64,000 bases of DNA from Trichoplax adhaerens (taxonomy: Eukaryota > Animalia > Placozoa). The notes beneath the pieces were generated by a model. It was given only the letters and a program-made list of their open reading frames with translations. It searched no databases and was not told the DNA's origin. The stretch is from positions 4,220,123-4,284,122 of the forward strand of contig NW_002060944.1 in assembly GCF_000150275.1 (NCBI RefSeq). Reading direction: 5' to 3'. How positions within the stretch are numbered: the stretch's first letter is position 1; every line of letters begins with the position of its first letter. Made by a program: the position numbers and the translations under genes. Shown here piece by piece: positions 41,530 through 56,692 of this stretch.

Positions 41530-41600
41530 ATTGGATGAAATAATCTTGCGTCATTACGTCAAGTCCCTTTTTTTTTTAGCTGTCCATCATGACGTAATGT
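41530..41600. promoter_or_regulatory. Putative promoter motifs: CCAAT box (reverse strand) and two CRE-like bZIP sites
   Basis: GATTGG near 41530; ATTACGTCA near 41553; ATGACGTAAT near 41589. They lie between head-to-head HS2ST1 and RNF26-like genes. Confidence 0.45.
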
Positions 41601-41995
41601 ACTGTAGTTTACATCATACAGTACAGTACAGTAAATTACGCGTTCTGTGCCAGCCAGTCATTCCGTACTATTAATAGTGTGCACAGTGGACAGCATACTG
41701 TAATAACAAACACCTATCAAAGCGATACACGTCTACAAAAAGTGGATGAAGAAAATGGACGCCAATGATGGCATGCAAATTTATAAATAGAAAAGAAAAA
41801 TGGATCTTAATTCCACGTACTTATAAGTTTACTTGTCTTAACCATGGATATTATCCAGTAATTTGGGGGATTACAATCGAGTTCGAATAAGGTCGTAACA
41901 GTTTCAGCTTGGGTACTTTGTCAAAGATTGCTTTTGTCTTCACCAATTTCTACAATTCTTACTGTTGATGAAAGTTTGTTTTGAATTGGAGGAAC

Positions 41996-43222
41996 ATGGA
42001 GATTGAATTAATCGATGTCCTATGCGATATCTGTGGTATAATCACTACAGCAGTTGTTTCAGTAGGTCGTCTCCTAATGGATTTATTCTTGAATGGACTA
42101 CCGTTATGCATACAAATGTGTAGCGTTGTTATTACATTGGTGTGTTATTTAATGCAGCAAATGCCTATGATAGTAGCATTGATAGCAGATAATACCTTTA
42201 ATATTTGCAGTGCACTTCTCAACATATTAGCTAATGGATCAGCATCAATGTTAAGATGTGTCAATGTTGACAATGTGTATGAATTGATGGTGGATACTTC
42301 ACTAACAATAACAGACCCGCTGCATTGTATCATTGCAACGGGATCTAGTGCCTTAGCAAGCTTATCAAGTTTGTTGTTGACTTCGCTTGACTATACCGTC
42401 TCTATTCTACTGACATGTCAGAAGTTTATTGCCTTGCTGTTTTGTGGAATTATTTTTTATGTCCTCAATACTATTTACTCCTGGCTATGGAACCTATTGT
42501 ACTTATTAATTGTTTGCATGATTATTATTCTATGTGTAAAAATTACTATCAAATTGCTAAAAATGAATGCTGGAAGGATAATAAGAAGTATTCTTCAACC
42601 ATGTTTCAACGCATTCTATCAACGTATTTCATCATCATGCGCTACAGAAAGTTTCCGTTTTCAAAATGGCCCAACCGAAGATCGAAACCAAGTGCAAACA
42701 TGTGACGCTTCCGCTATAATCACATTAATAAAAATGAACTCTAGAAGGCTTATAAAAAGCATTCTTCTTAAATGTTTCATGGCATTCCGAAATAATTTAT
42801 CTTTATCAGCTGCAGAACGCTTCCATTTCCAACATGGGCCAACCGAGAATCGAAATCAATTACAAAGAAATAATTCTTCCGCTAGAATCAATAATACGAT
42901 GAATCAATCTACAACTTCACAGCTACAAGCTAACCATGAGACAACAAATAATTCTATAAGAGATGCACAGAGGCTATTGGATTGTACCCAATCTGATGAT
43001 GAAACAAACGTCAATAAATTACTTGAAGAGTTGGAAAACGAAAAGGATAAAAATCGATGTTGCATATGTCAAGATTCCGCTAGAAATGTTATTCTTATGC
43101 CTTGCCGGCATTTCTGTGTTTGTGGTGATTGCTGGGATGACGTGGTCAGATTGAATAGACGCAACGCAAGGTGTCCCCTCTGTCGAGAGATAGTAACAAA
43201 TAGCATGAAAATTTTTACTTGA
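41996..43222 (+). CDS. RNF26: Intronless multi-pass membrane RING E3 ligase, RNF26-like (408 aa)
   Basis: Hydrophobic N-terminal half. Short coiled coil ELENEKDKNR, then the C-terminal RING CCICQD...ILMPCRHFCVCGDC...RCPLCREIV...MKIFT. This is the architecture of RNF26. Confidence 0.85.
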   Translation: MEIELIDVLCDICGIITTAVVSVGRLLMDLFLNGLPLCIQMCSVVITLVCYLMQQMPMIVALIADNTFNICSALLNILANGSASMLRCVNVDNVYELMVDTSLTITDPLHCIIATGSSALASLSSLLLTSLDYTVSILLTCQKFIALLFCGIIFYVLNTIYSWLWNLLYLLIVCMIIILCVKITIKLLKMNAGRIIRSILQPCFNAFYQRISSSCATESFRFQNGPTEDRNQVQTCDASAIITLIKMNSRRLIKSILLKCFMAFRNNLSLSAAERFHFQHGPTENRNQLQRNNSSARINNTMNQSTTSQLQANHETTNNSIRDAQRLLDCTQSDDETNVNKLLEELENEKDKNRCCICQDSARNVILMPCRHFCVCGDCWDDVVRLNRRNARCPLCREIVTNSMKIFT

Positions 43223-46200
43223 TTATTACTTTTAATGTCAATAGGAAAAAAAGGAGAAACAATACTAGATAGTATTAGAAGTGAACGCTTATCAATAATT
43301 TATCATAAATGAAAGGTAATGTTTTACCATCGTGCTATTTTTCAAACAGATAATACGATTATCAAAATCGTTTAGGCTCACACCTAGACATAGCAAATGT
43401 TAGTTTAAAGTTTTTCTCACCCAATTCAACCGAAATAGTGCTGTCTAGATACTCTCTCAAGTTACGTAATGGCACCAACGAACGAACACTATTAATATCT
43501 AGTATTTAAATGATCATGTAATAAATTTACGGTAGACATACATTGCACGATTATAGTTTTGATATCGATCTGGTAATTTAATTATTTTACATGCGTGTAT
43601 TTATTTCACTAATCGTAGTTTACAGATTCATCGGTAATATCCGAGTAAATTATTGGTAAAGTATTCGTTCTTGTATTTAACTCTGTATCAATGACGTACA
43701 GTACTATCCGTTTGATGGCATTAATAATCTAAAACGATGCCCGTGTACAGTGAATTCTAGCTGTACTTGGATATCAATTTGTAACATACTTGTATATGAC
43801 GCGCTGCAATTACTTATGCATATGTAAAATTGTATATACATATTATCCTAATCAACGTACTGTGGATGTATTTTTTTTTCATTCTAACTGGATTATATTA
43901 TATATCACATTAAAGTAAATTAATATTCATATTGCTCTCGGCTATATCAATTAACAAACAAAATCTTAGACTTTAATCTTTCTTTTGCAGATTTGCACGT
44001 CAATGATGTTACTTAAAATTATATAAGATAGGTATCTGAAATAACGAAGTATGATATATACGTGTGTAGGAAAGATTAACAACTCAGCTCGTTTATTAAC
44101 TACTTTTCGGGCAACATTTAAGACATCAACCGTGTCGATCTCCCAATGATACGAGCATAGTAGCAAAATGATAAATTAAGAGCACTCTACTAGTTCTAGA
44201 TAAAGCTTTACTGTCGCTCCCTCTATCAGGCTGCAAGCGTATATCCTAGTAGTGTATGTTTATACGAAAGGATTTCAATTAAATACTTCTAAAGGGTATT
44301 GCTCCATCGCATACTTTAACATAAAAGATACCAAGGTCGATATTTCTATAGATAAAAAAGTGCATTGAGAAACTGTATCCCTCCCTTTTCCTTGTACAAT
44401 CTAATCCGAAATTACAATATTATCTTCAACGTGATCATAATGACGTTCTAACAATTGAAAACAGAGAATAGCACGAATATCGATTGTATTAAAAATAGCT
44501 GTGTAAAAGTATGAATTATTAATGGTATGTCCATTTACCGGTTTAAATATGGCATCTGTCGATACTTCTCAACATCCTGTGGTGGTACATATTAATAATT
44601 AGTAAATAGATGGGGTTGGAGGGTTAATATAAACAAAGCGATATATCTGTATTCATTTTGTATTTTATGAAAGAAGCATTCATTATTCGGACGGGCATAC
44701 GGACGGGGGACTCGTCACCAAATCAAAATAGTTATATGTATGCATTGGGATGATAATAGAACATCAGTAGACTAAACAGAAATTTTTATCACTGTGAATA
44801 CCTCATCGTTAATTAAATATACGAATAGACGCCCAAAATATGACATTAAATAATGCGTTTTTAATAAGATATGAAATGGAATTTTTATTTTCACCCGTGC
44901 AAATGTACCATTTTGTATTGTTTTAAATTGTTAAATCCAAAGTAAGTTTAAGTAACTACTACACAATAAACGATGGTCAATTGCTACGAATACGACCACA
45001 ACAGAAGGAAACTGCTACTTCTTAGTATTCGATAATTTTTTTACAATCAAATATGTAAATAAATCCTGTTTTTTAATAAATGCTCAATGTGCTATATTAA
45101 TTTACTATTAGTGCATCGATATTTTTAGCATACATTTCATCGCATAGCCCTAAAATATGAATGATACTTCCTATACCAGCTTAACTTGATAATAGTCATA
45201 CCGTGGCTTTACTCTTAAATATGACTAGAATTGTTGAGATCGCATGCATCAAGAATAAAGGATACTATTCTAAATATCCAAGCTGCCACATCACCACAAA
45301 GACAATGCTATAAGTAATATAAAGCACTATTATAATGTAAATATTGTAGCTATACATACTGTAATTATATTTTAAATTATGAATTTAATAGTGAAGACAG
45401 ATCCATTAATAGACACATCGAAATTTTATAAGAAAATACGTGAACAATTTTCCTGCGCCTATTGTTAAGTGAAAATGGGTTAATTTAAACACACTTCTAA
45501 TAGAAAACGCTAGACAATCTCATACGTAGCTGTAAGTTACCAGCGATAAATTGTATTATCTATTTCTCTGTGTGTCTAGCTCAATCCTTAGTAAAATAAT
45601 TTTAGTGATAACTGGTTCATGAAAGATAAGCGCAAACAAGAAAAAAATCTTTTACGTATTGCCAAATTTTTAATGCTATTACTTGAAATTAATTAAATTG
45701 AATATAGAGTAGCTCACTGACTGGTAGACCATATAGCACTGCAATATAGGAAATAAGAAATAACATTGACTGTAGAATGAAATACCGAGGCTGGTAGAAA
45801 CATTGTATTGATCAGAAATACACACAGATGTACGAAGATTATAATTGTAGTCTGATCCCGGTGTTCATTTTTCTTAACAATACGATATGTAGATGTCTAT
45901 TGATTAAAGATACATTGCTATATTAGCTCTTACGTAGCATGGATATGTGGGCATATGAGCAAATATCTGATGATAAATATTTATAGTCAAAACTGGGTAC
46001 TTTCTAATGTATATTTAGTTTCATGACTACGTTTTTCATAGCTTGTTGATAAATGACTCGCTTAAAATGCAAATAGTATTGTAATTAGACTAATGCTAAT
46101 AATGGTAAGGTATCACTACAGTAAAAATTATTATAAGTATGAGAAGATTATTACAGTATCAGACTTTAGTAACTACAATTTAATTATAAACATATGAAAT

Positions 46201-49200
46201 TAAGGTACCGTCAAAATATCAAACGTATACTCAAAAATACTTCTTCAAAGGTGTATATGAGTGTTTTTATACATTTATTTCAATTTTTAGATTCGTAATA
46301 AAGTTACAACCAATTTAATCACACTTGATAGCAGACCGGATTATTTTGGTTTCACATACCAACTAACATTAGTCGGTACGGAAAGTCTAGTAAGACTTCC
46401 TAGTAAGCAAGGAGGAGTTAACCGCAGTAATACTCTCTTTGTCAATACTTCTGTATAGTAAGCTATATTGCAGCGTGATGTTATGACCAAGTATTCAATA
46501 CCACAACTTAACAAGATTGCATAATATTAAAGCACTTCCCTCATACAGATATCTCTAGTACGTTTTATATATTTTTTTCATACTCAGTTTTATTAAAAAT
46601 TGTTCACAATATAAACAAGTAATTGATTGTCCCATTGACATGGATTTATGATATAATCGTATGATCGGTGGCACGATACACGTTTATGTTATACACAGGG
46701 GTAATAAAAATTTTTTAAAGTAATTTAGCCAATACGTCATTGAAAATTTTAATTCAATTATAGATTATATTTATATGTTGCATCTTGCGACAGGTAATAA
46801 TATTGTACTATTGATGCTGGTTAATTCATAGGAATTATTGAATAGAAACGGGGATCAGCGGCAAGCTTTACTTGTTTGCCAAGTAAAAGTAAATTAACTA
46901 AAACAGCATCGTTTGCTGGGAATTACGTAAATTTTACCTCTTACATAAAACTGGATCTAAGTCAACTTTTGCCTAAATCAAGCTTAAGTATTCTAAATTG
47001 GAGACATGCTCTAATAGCATAGCTACTACTAGTTGTAGCGCATATACTAAGAAGAGCCACTGAAAGCATCTTTAGTAGTCAATTCAGAAAACATTTCATG
47101 AGGGATTTAATCTGATAATAGTAGCACTTAATTTGCAATAATCTTGAGTTTGAACATCAGGCTGTCTAAAATCACGTTTTCATCTGTTTAGGTAATCATA
47201 GTTCTTAAAAGGCACTAGCAGTAATGTAACAGTTACTTAATGCCAATTACAGTTTTTAATATAACTTTTTTCATACATTATAAACCAGTTCTATCATTAA
47301 TATAGTAATATATGTACTACATAGGCATGATAGAAATTATCCAAAGAAGTAAATACGCGAACGTACAGTATATTAGCACTGTGAGTTATTACTCTATAAG
47401 CATGGCTTATCGTGAGCAACAAAGCCCAGAATTTCTTTACTACTGATTATCAACTGTACTAGTATCGAAAATCATTATTCTTTAGAAGAATTTACAACAC
47501 TGCATAATCGCTACTTAAACGATAGATTAATAACAAGCAAGTATGATCTTAACGGTAACAGAATTGAATATTGCCCTTATCAATCTGTAGGTAAATGCAT
47601 AATTGTACGTTAGATGTTGGCTTTAAATTCTATCTAAGCAGTACCACAAATGTAATAAAATTAATCATTGGTCCCCCCAAAAAGATGCTATCTGTCTTTA
47701 TGACACTTAAGACGCGTTTTACTGCCTGAAAATTTGACAAGCATGACGTACCTACATGTATTATTGCATTATTATACGAGTATGCAATCTACAGTACAGT
47801 AAAAAGATGAGTTTTGTTAGGATGCCATAGTCGGTAAGGTTTATCTTGACGTGTCAAACGTAAAATTTATGTCTTGTATGAAAAACAAGAATATAGTTAT
47901 ACAATAATTTGATCGAAGCATTAAATGATTAATCATGATTTATGTCAAATTAATCATAATAATTTGAATATAATAAAGAGATACTTGAAATTATAATAGA
48001 GAACATCAATGACAAAGATGTAAGTTATCGAACATGCCTTACAGTAACGCCACTGTAGAACACTAACAGCATGAAAAAAGAATTATACATCTGCCCAATT
48101 TGTGGCGTATTGAAATTTGCAGCGAAAAATGTCTTACAATTATAAGGTAAGATTTTTAACCTTACAGTAAATATCACGCTATTATATTTTGATCATAATA
48201 TAAGTTAATACAGTTCCATTCAAGATACGAATTATGTAGCCAAATGGTAAATGTTATATTTTACACTTTTGCCTAATTTGCGCTTGCATGACTGCGAAAG
48301 ATTGAGAGACCATATACCACGAAATACTTGATTGTTTTCACTGAATATAGGTACATGTAGATCCAAAATATTAATATATGAATATGTGATTGCACTTTTG
48401 CCAACAAATAATGTCGTAAAAAAAATACAGCTAAATAGTTTTAGATATGATCAATTATATAATAAAAAGTTTCTATAAGTTATTAACAGGAATCATACGA
48501 TCTAGATAAATTCAACAGAAAAATAAATTTCTAATCACTTTTCTCTATTTATAGACAGCGCGGCGTACTCTTATCTTCCGTTTGATCGGAAAAAAGGCGA
48601 TACTTCGACGACGAAAAGAGTACAACGAATAGATGCATAGTTTAATTAATTTATCGAATGCCTTCATGTAGACTGTAAAATGTACAGTGTATACGTGAAA
48701 AGAGTCGTAAAAAGTGCACATCATCGAATACTAGCATACGTATAATAACGCGTGCAAATGATGCAGTTGCACTGAAATTAAATGATCATCTCGTCGTCTA
48801 CGGTACTACAGTTGATATAGCATTGATGATGGTAGCAATTGTAGTTGAATCTCGGCTAAAAACACGATTATACTCCATTATGGATGAATTGCTTAAACGA
48901 AAGATTGTCTGAATTTTCTCGAATTGGTACGTCTTAGATTCACAATCAAGGAGAATACGCATAAAATCAAATACGATCAAGACGCAATGGTTAATTACAT
49001 TAAAATTATAAAATGGCGATCATTGTTCTGTTTCATGATATCATCCAACAGGACACTAGGGTAATTTCAAGATTGTAGAAACGCAGATTAATCAATGTTG
49101 TATGTTGATATACTGTACCATGATGCTATACTGGGATGGCTTTTTCATACATATGGCAAAAAACTTCATGTGTCCACTTTCTAAGATAGCTATTATGCAT

Positions 49201-49295
49201 TTCGTCATGACATTTGTTGGGATGAATACTGCCCTCAACATTACTTGTGCTATTAAATTCAAGAATTTATCCATTACAGTATTGCCTCTTGTATC

Positions 49296-49841
49296 TTAAC
49301 TCTTCAACTTCTTGGGGCTTTTTAGTGCTTTCAAGCTACCATCGTCAACAAATAATAAGGTTTTGCAACCATTTCTTCGAGCGTAATCGACGTTATCTCC
49401 ATCGTCGTCTATCAACATAACCTGCTCGAAGGTTAATTCCATATGATGTTTCTCTTTTAACTCTTGCATAACTGATTGTAAATGGTACTGCTTGCCACAT
49501 CGATTAAAGTCTATATCGTTATCCCAATCTCCTGAACAACCACGAATGATAATGTGATCTGCTTCGCACTCTGGTGGTAAGGAAGCCTTTAACACATTGG
49601 AGATTAGTGTCACCTGTGATGAGAATGTGACAATACAAACACGAAGGTTAGCCGTTAAAGCGCTAGCAATGAGGGATCGTACGCCAGGCCGAACATGATG
49701 GACAAGATCTGAAGTTTCTCGCAGCCATAATCCACCCGTATGAATGTCGACTAAAGTTTTATCGAAATCGATCGCTAGCAGCTTAATGCCCAGTTTCCGC
49801 TGAAGTGTTTTAATCATTTTAGCATATCGATCGCTAGGCAT
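49296..49841 (-). CDS. Intronless HAD-superfamily hydrolase (cap-less type, resembles apicomplexan p36-like family), 181 aa
   Basis: Motif I IKLLAIDFDKTLVDIHTGG; motif II VCIVTFS; motif III GKQYHL; motif IV VMLIDDDGDNV. First true ATG at 49841. Confidence 0.85.
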   Translation of the reverse strand: MPSDRYAKMIKTLQRKLGIKLLAIDFDKTLVDIHTGGLWLRETSDLVHHVRPGVRSLIASALTANLRVCIVTFSSQVTLISNVLKASLPPECEADHIIIRGCSGDWDNDIDFNRCGKQYHLQSVMQELKEKHHMELTFEQVMLIDDDGDNVDYARRNGCKTLLFVDDGSLKALKSPKKLKS

Positions 49842-51314
49842 TTTTAGCCAATAACGAACGATTGAACGCCAGGAAATGCCGTTGACAATAACGATATTAA
49901 TGATCAAGGTAGAGTGCAAAACTGACTGATAGTCCTTCCACTGCAGTATATAATTGCTACTCGATTTCTAAGCAATAATTTCTACAAGATGGGTCAAAAT
50001 GATCAAATACTGAAGGAAAAAACTGCCACAATTAGTCTTGCAGGCCAGATAGCTAGCCAAGTGTTGTACCTACTTTAAGGCCAGTTTAGTTTAGACGAAG
50101 AACAATACAGGACAGTAATATAATGCTGTACAGTACCAGTACTGTACGCGTACAGTATGTTGTGCCCACCTCCTATTGTACTGTGCTGTACTGTACAGTA
50201 GTGTAGGCACGTACATTTAGAACGTGTCACCTCAGCTGTTACGTTCTGTATAGTACGTACGTACATTAGAACGTGTTCACCTCGGCAGTCAATTGCACTG
50301 CGATACAGTGTGTGATTGGGTGGGAGTCAATACGGTTCAACTTGAAATAAAACGTGATGTCAATGCTGATAACCGATAGGACATACACGTACACAAGTCA
50401 ACACGAATACTACGCAAACAGTGCGTAGTAATCTCTACTGTTGCTTTTTATTTGCGGTAGAGCACCAAATCTGTAACGCAAGACGTATGAGTGTACTAAT
50501 AAGAATAGGGTACAGTACCCTGAGTACAGTACAGTTCCGTGTTATCTTAATTGCTTTATCAGCAGGAGGCTTACTGTACGTCGTCTCATTTCTTGTGTTA
50601 TTCTAGACTGCCCCCAGCAGCGATTCATTATGGTTTATACCAACGTTGTGTAGGGGGTGTGCTAATAACTTTATACACAGTTTGTATCTGTTTTCGAAAT
50701 TACTGGCACTAATTTTAAAGTAATATTGACCGTGTTATATAATTGTTTTCAAGTAACAGATACTGAGGATGCAATGTTACATGACTTGATTGAGAAAAAA
50801 AATTAGTCAATTGAGAATCGACCAGCTCTTCCTACTAAAGGACTGTCATAACCAAGTGTTTGGCACGCTATTTTAGGAGAAGAGGCGGCCGTCCAAGGAG
50901 GAGGGCCATCAGTCCAGCTCTTCTTCTACAGTACTGTAGCGTAGTCCATGGTGATGATATCACGGATCACTAGAAGCAAACCACGAAAGTATAACGAACG
51001 GCCACAGAAAGTACAATCGAGAAAATTGAGATCATCTTGGAAAATCCTACTCTAAAAGCTGTTAAAATGTAAAAATATAGCACATCTTCTTTAAACATTG
51101 ATAGAAATACAGTACATTAGCATCTCATTGACAGTATTTCCTACTGAGTGTAGCTTCTACTCAGATTACGAAAAATGAAATCAAAGGTGGAAATATTGAT
51201 CAGTTTGGGGTAAAATTGATATCAATCGATATCTTGATGAGATCTTCCTCTTTCCTCTCATAAAATTTGATCGATTTGGTCGGAAAGAAATTAATAACAC
51301 CTGCACATTTCATT

Positions 51315-51570
51315 GCGTACAGTACAGCGTACTGTAGAGTAGAGTGCGGTGTACTGTACACTGTAGTCCGTGTTCAAATCTCCTACAGTACAGTACAGTA
51401 AAATACTGTACAGTAATTTCATACGTTCCCTAGTACAGTACAGTACATACTGTACAGTACAAAGAAAGAATCCAAGACCTTGTACTGTACTGTACTGTAT
51501 AGTATAAGACCTTTAAAAAAGGTTCGTTCTAACTTGGCTGGTAACCAGTATACAGTACTGTACTGTACAT
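51315..51570. repeat. (TACAG)n/(CTGTA)n array upstream of ALDH9A1
   Basis: Dense tacagtacagtacagta / tgtactgtactgtactgta runs with palindromic TACTGTACAGTA junctions. Confidence 0.85.
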
Positions 51571-52125
51571 TGTACATTAAAGACCTTAGTACAATCTATA
51601 CTAGTGTATACTGACCATTTGGGATGTGAAATTGGATGATCATTCCATCATGGCTACACTTGAATGCCATTGCTGCAGCTGCCAGTAGTACAGTAGTGTA
51701 CACAGTACAGTATACTGAGTTAGGCATGTTAGTAGTGGATGTTTTTTTCCTTCTTACCTCTGTGGGGTGGGCTAATAACTCTGGACAGTCCTATTATTAA
51801 GTCCAAAGTATGCCAAATACCAACGAGCGAAATGAAAAGTCAAGTTGACTGATTATGAAAACCGGGTTGTGAAATTGTGACAACCGGTCTATACTGGTTT
51901 CCAACCACTGCCATAATCCAGTTACAACAGTCATGCAAGTTGTACAGTACAACAGCGCACTAGACTACTGCAATGACGACGGAAGTGCAGTCAGTATAAA
52001 TTGACTGGATTGAATTGGAATACTGTACACTGTACACTGTACGGTATTGTAGTTACCTGGAGATGGTAAAAACTTTCTTCGATCACTGTTGATAAAAATA
52101 AAAAAAAAACAAAGTCAACATCACC

Positions 52126-54876
<2,751 letters not shown>

Positions 54877-55747
54877 GAAATCGCTTTTCAACTATTCATA
54901 TTGTAGCTTCTAGCTCAAATAACTAAATTTTTCTACTACTAGCATTCATAGCTGCAAGATGCAGACCATCAAAAGTCTAAACTTAATACTCTATTTTTAA
55001 TTAACTATGCTATAAAGGCAGCGCTATTTTTGTGGTAACATGTCATGTGTTAAGTCACATCCATCGATTACTAAAACTACCATATAATTAATATCTTGGA
55101 AGTTAAACATATTGCATTGCATATACTTATATTGCAACATATTGTAATATATTGGATCGTTTTCTCACTGAAACAGTACACGCTTACGAACATCGAACTA
55201 TAGTTGTACAGATAATGCTATAATTTAATTTATAGGAGCGAAATAGTACTACATTTCTTTAAGCACTTTCGAAGGTGTCAGACAACCATAATATCGACCT
55301 GATTTACTTATATAATTATAATGATAGATAATTATGTGTAGAATAATTTTATGCTCTTTAAAACTTTCACATTTTACACAGTATCAATATTCATAGCATA
55401 CAGTATGTACAGTATTTCATTTGGTATTGATATTACAAGATTGAGATTCGATTTTACAATCATAAATTAACCACTATTAGAAGATACGAGATATTGCATT
55501 AATAAACAAATTGCGATAATTTCTTTACAGGTTGTTTATCTTTCGTAAGGAAATTTTAGAGCTCTTCGACTTTGTATTGCAAGGTTATTAAATTATTTGA
55601 AGAGTTCATGTTTGACTTGGTTCTTCGATTTATTAATTAAATTAAAAGATACCATAAAATTTGACTTATGCAACACCTTACAGTACAGTACTACCAATGG
55701 TGCCATGGACCACTAGATACACTATATCGTGCAATTCTACAGCACTG

Positions 55748-56490
55748 TTAGTAGCCTATGGACCATCATGATTTGCAGAGCTCTGCTGTACAATGTATAG
55801 TACAGGGTATTTGGAATGTGTTGCTACGAAAAAATGCTCAATTTCGAGTAAAACTAGGTAAAATACTTGAAAACAGACTATTTAAGTATGTTGCTGAATA
55901 GTTGAATGGTTAGATTGGTTAGTAGCCTATGGAATAAATCATGATTTGCAGAGCTCTGCTGTACAATGTACAGTACAGGATGTTTGGAATGTGTTGCTAC
56001 GAAAAAATGCTCAATTTCGAGTAAAACTAGGTAAAATACTTGAAAACAGACTATTTAAGTACGTTGCTGAATAGTTGAATGGTTAGATTGGTTAGTAGCC
56101 TATGGACCATCATGATTTGTACAGCTCTGCTGAGGATATTTGGAATGTGTTGCTACGAAAAAATGCTCAATTTCGAGCAAAACTAGGTAAAATACTTGAA
56201 AACAGACTATTTAAGTACGTTGCTGAATAGTTGAATGGTTAGATTGGTTAGTAGCTTATGGACCATCATGATTTGTACAGCTCTGCTGAGGATGTTTGGA
56301 ATGTGTTGCTACGAAAAAATGCTCAATTTCGAGTAAAACTAGGTAAAATACTTGAAAACAGACTATTTAAGTACACGTTACTGAATAGTTGAATAATTAG
56401 ATTGGTTAGTAGCCTATGGAATAAATCATGATTTGCAGCCAGGTCTACTGTACTGTATTTGCAGGGCTCTGCTGTACAATGTACAGTACA
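55748..56490. repeat. 156-173-bp tandem repeat, about 4.5 copies, upstream of DCTN3
   Basis: ttagtagc(c/t)tatgga... units start at 55748, 55919, 56092, 56248 and 56406; cores are nearly identical. Confidence 0.97.
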
Positions 56491-56692
56491 GTACAGTAAC
56501 GTACAGTGTGTACTGTACGCAAAAGCACTGTACTGTACTGTACATTACAGTGTACAGTGTACACTACAGTGGTTCGGTACTGTACTGTACTGTACACTAC
56601 AGGCGACGTTCTCCCGGCAAGCCAAAAGTAGTCAACGCCTGAGCTTGCTGTTGGACATTGTGCTGAGAAAAAAGCGAGTAATAATAATCAAA

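Noticed and set aside
55748-56490. CRISPR-like or transposon interpretation of the tandem arrays
   Set aside because: No unique spacers, cas genes, TIRs or transposase; the context is eukaryotic.
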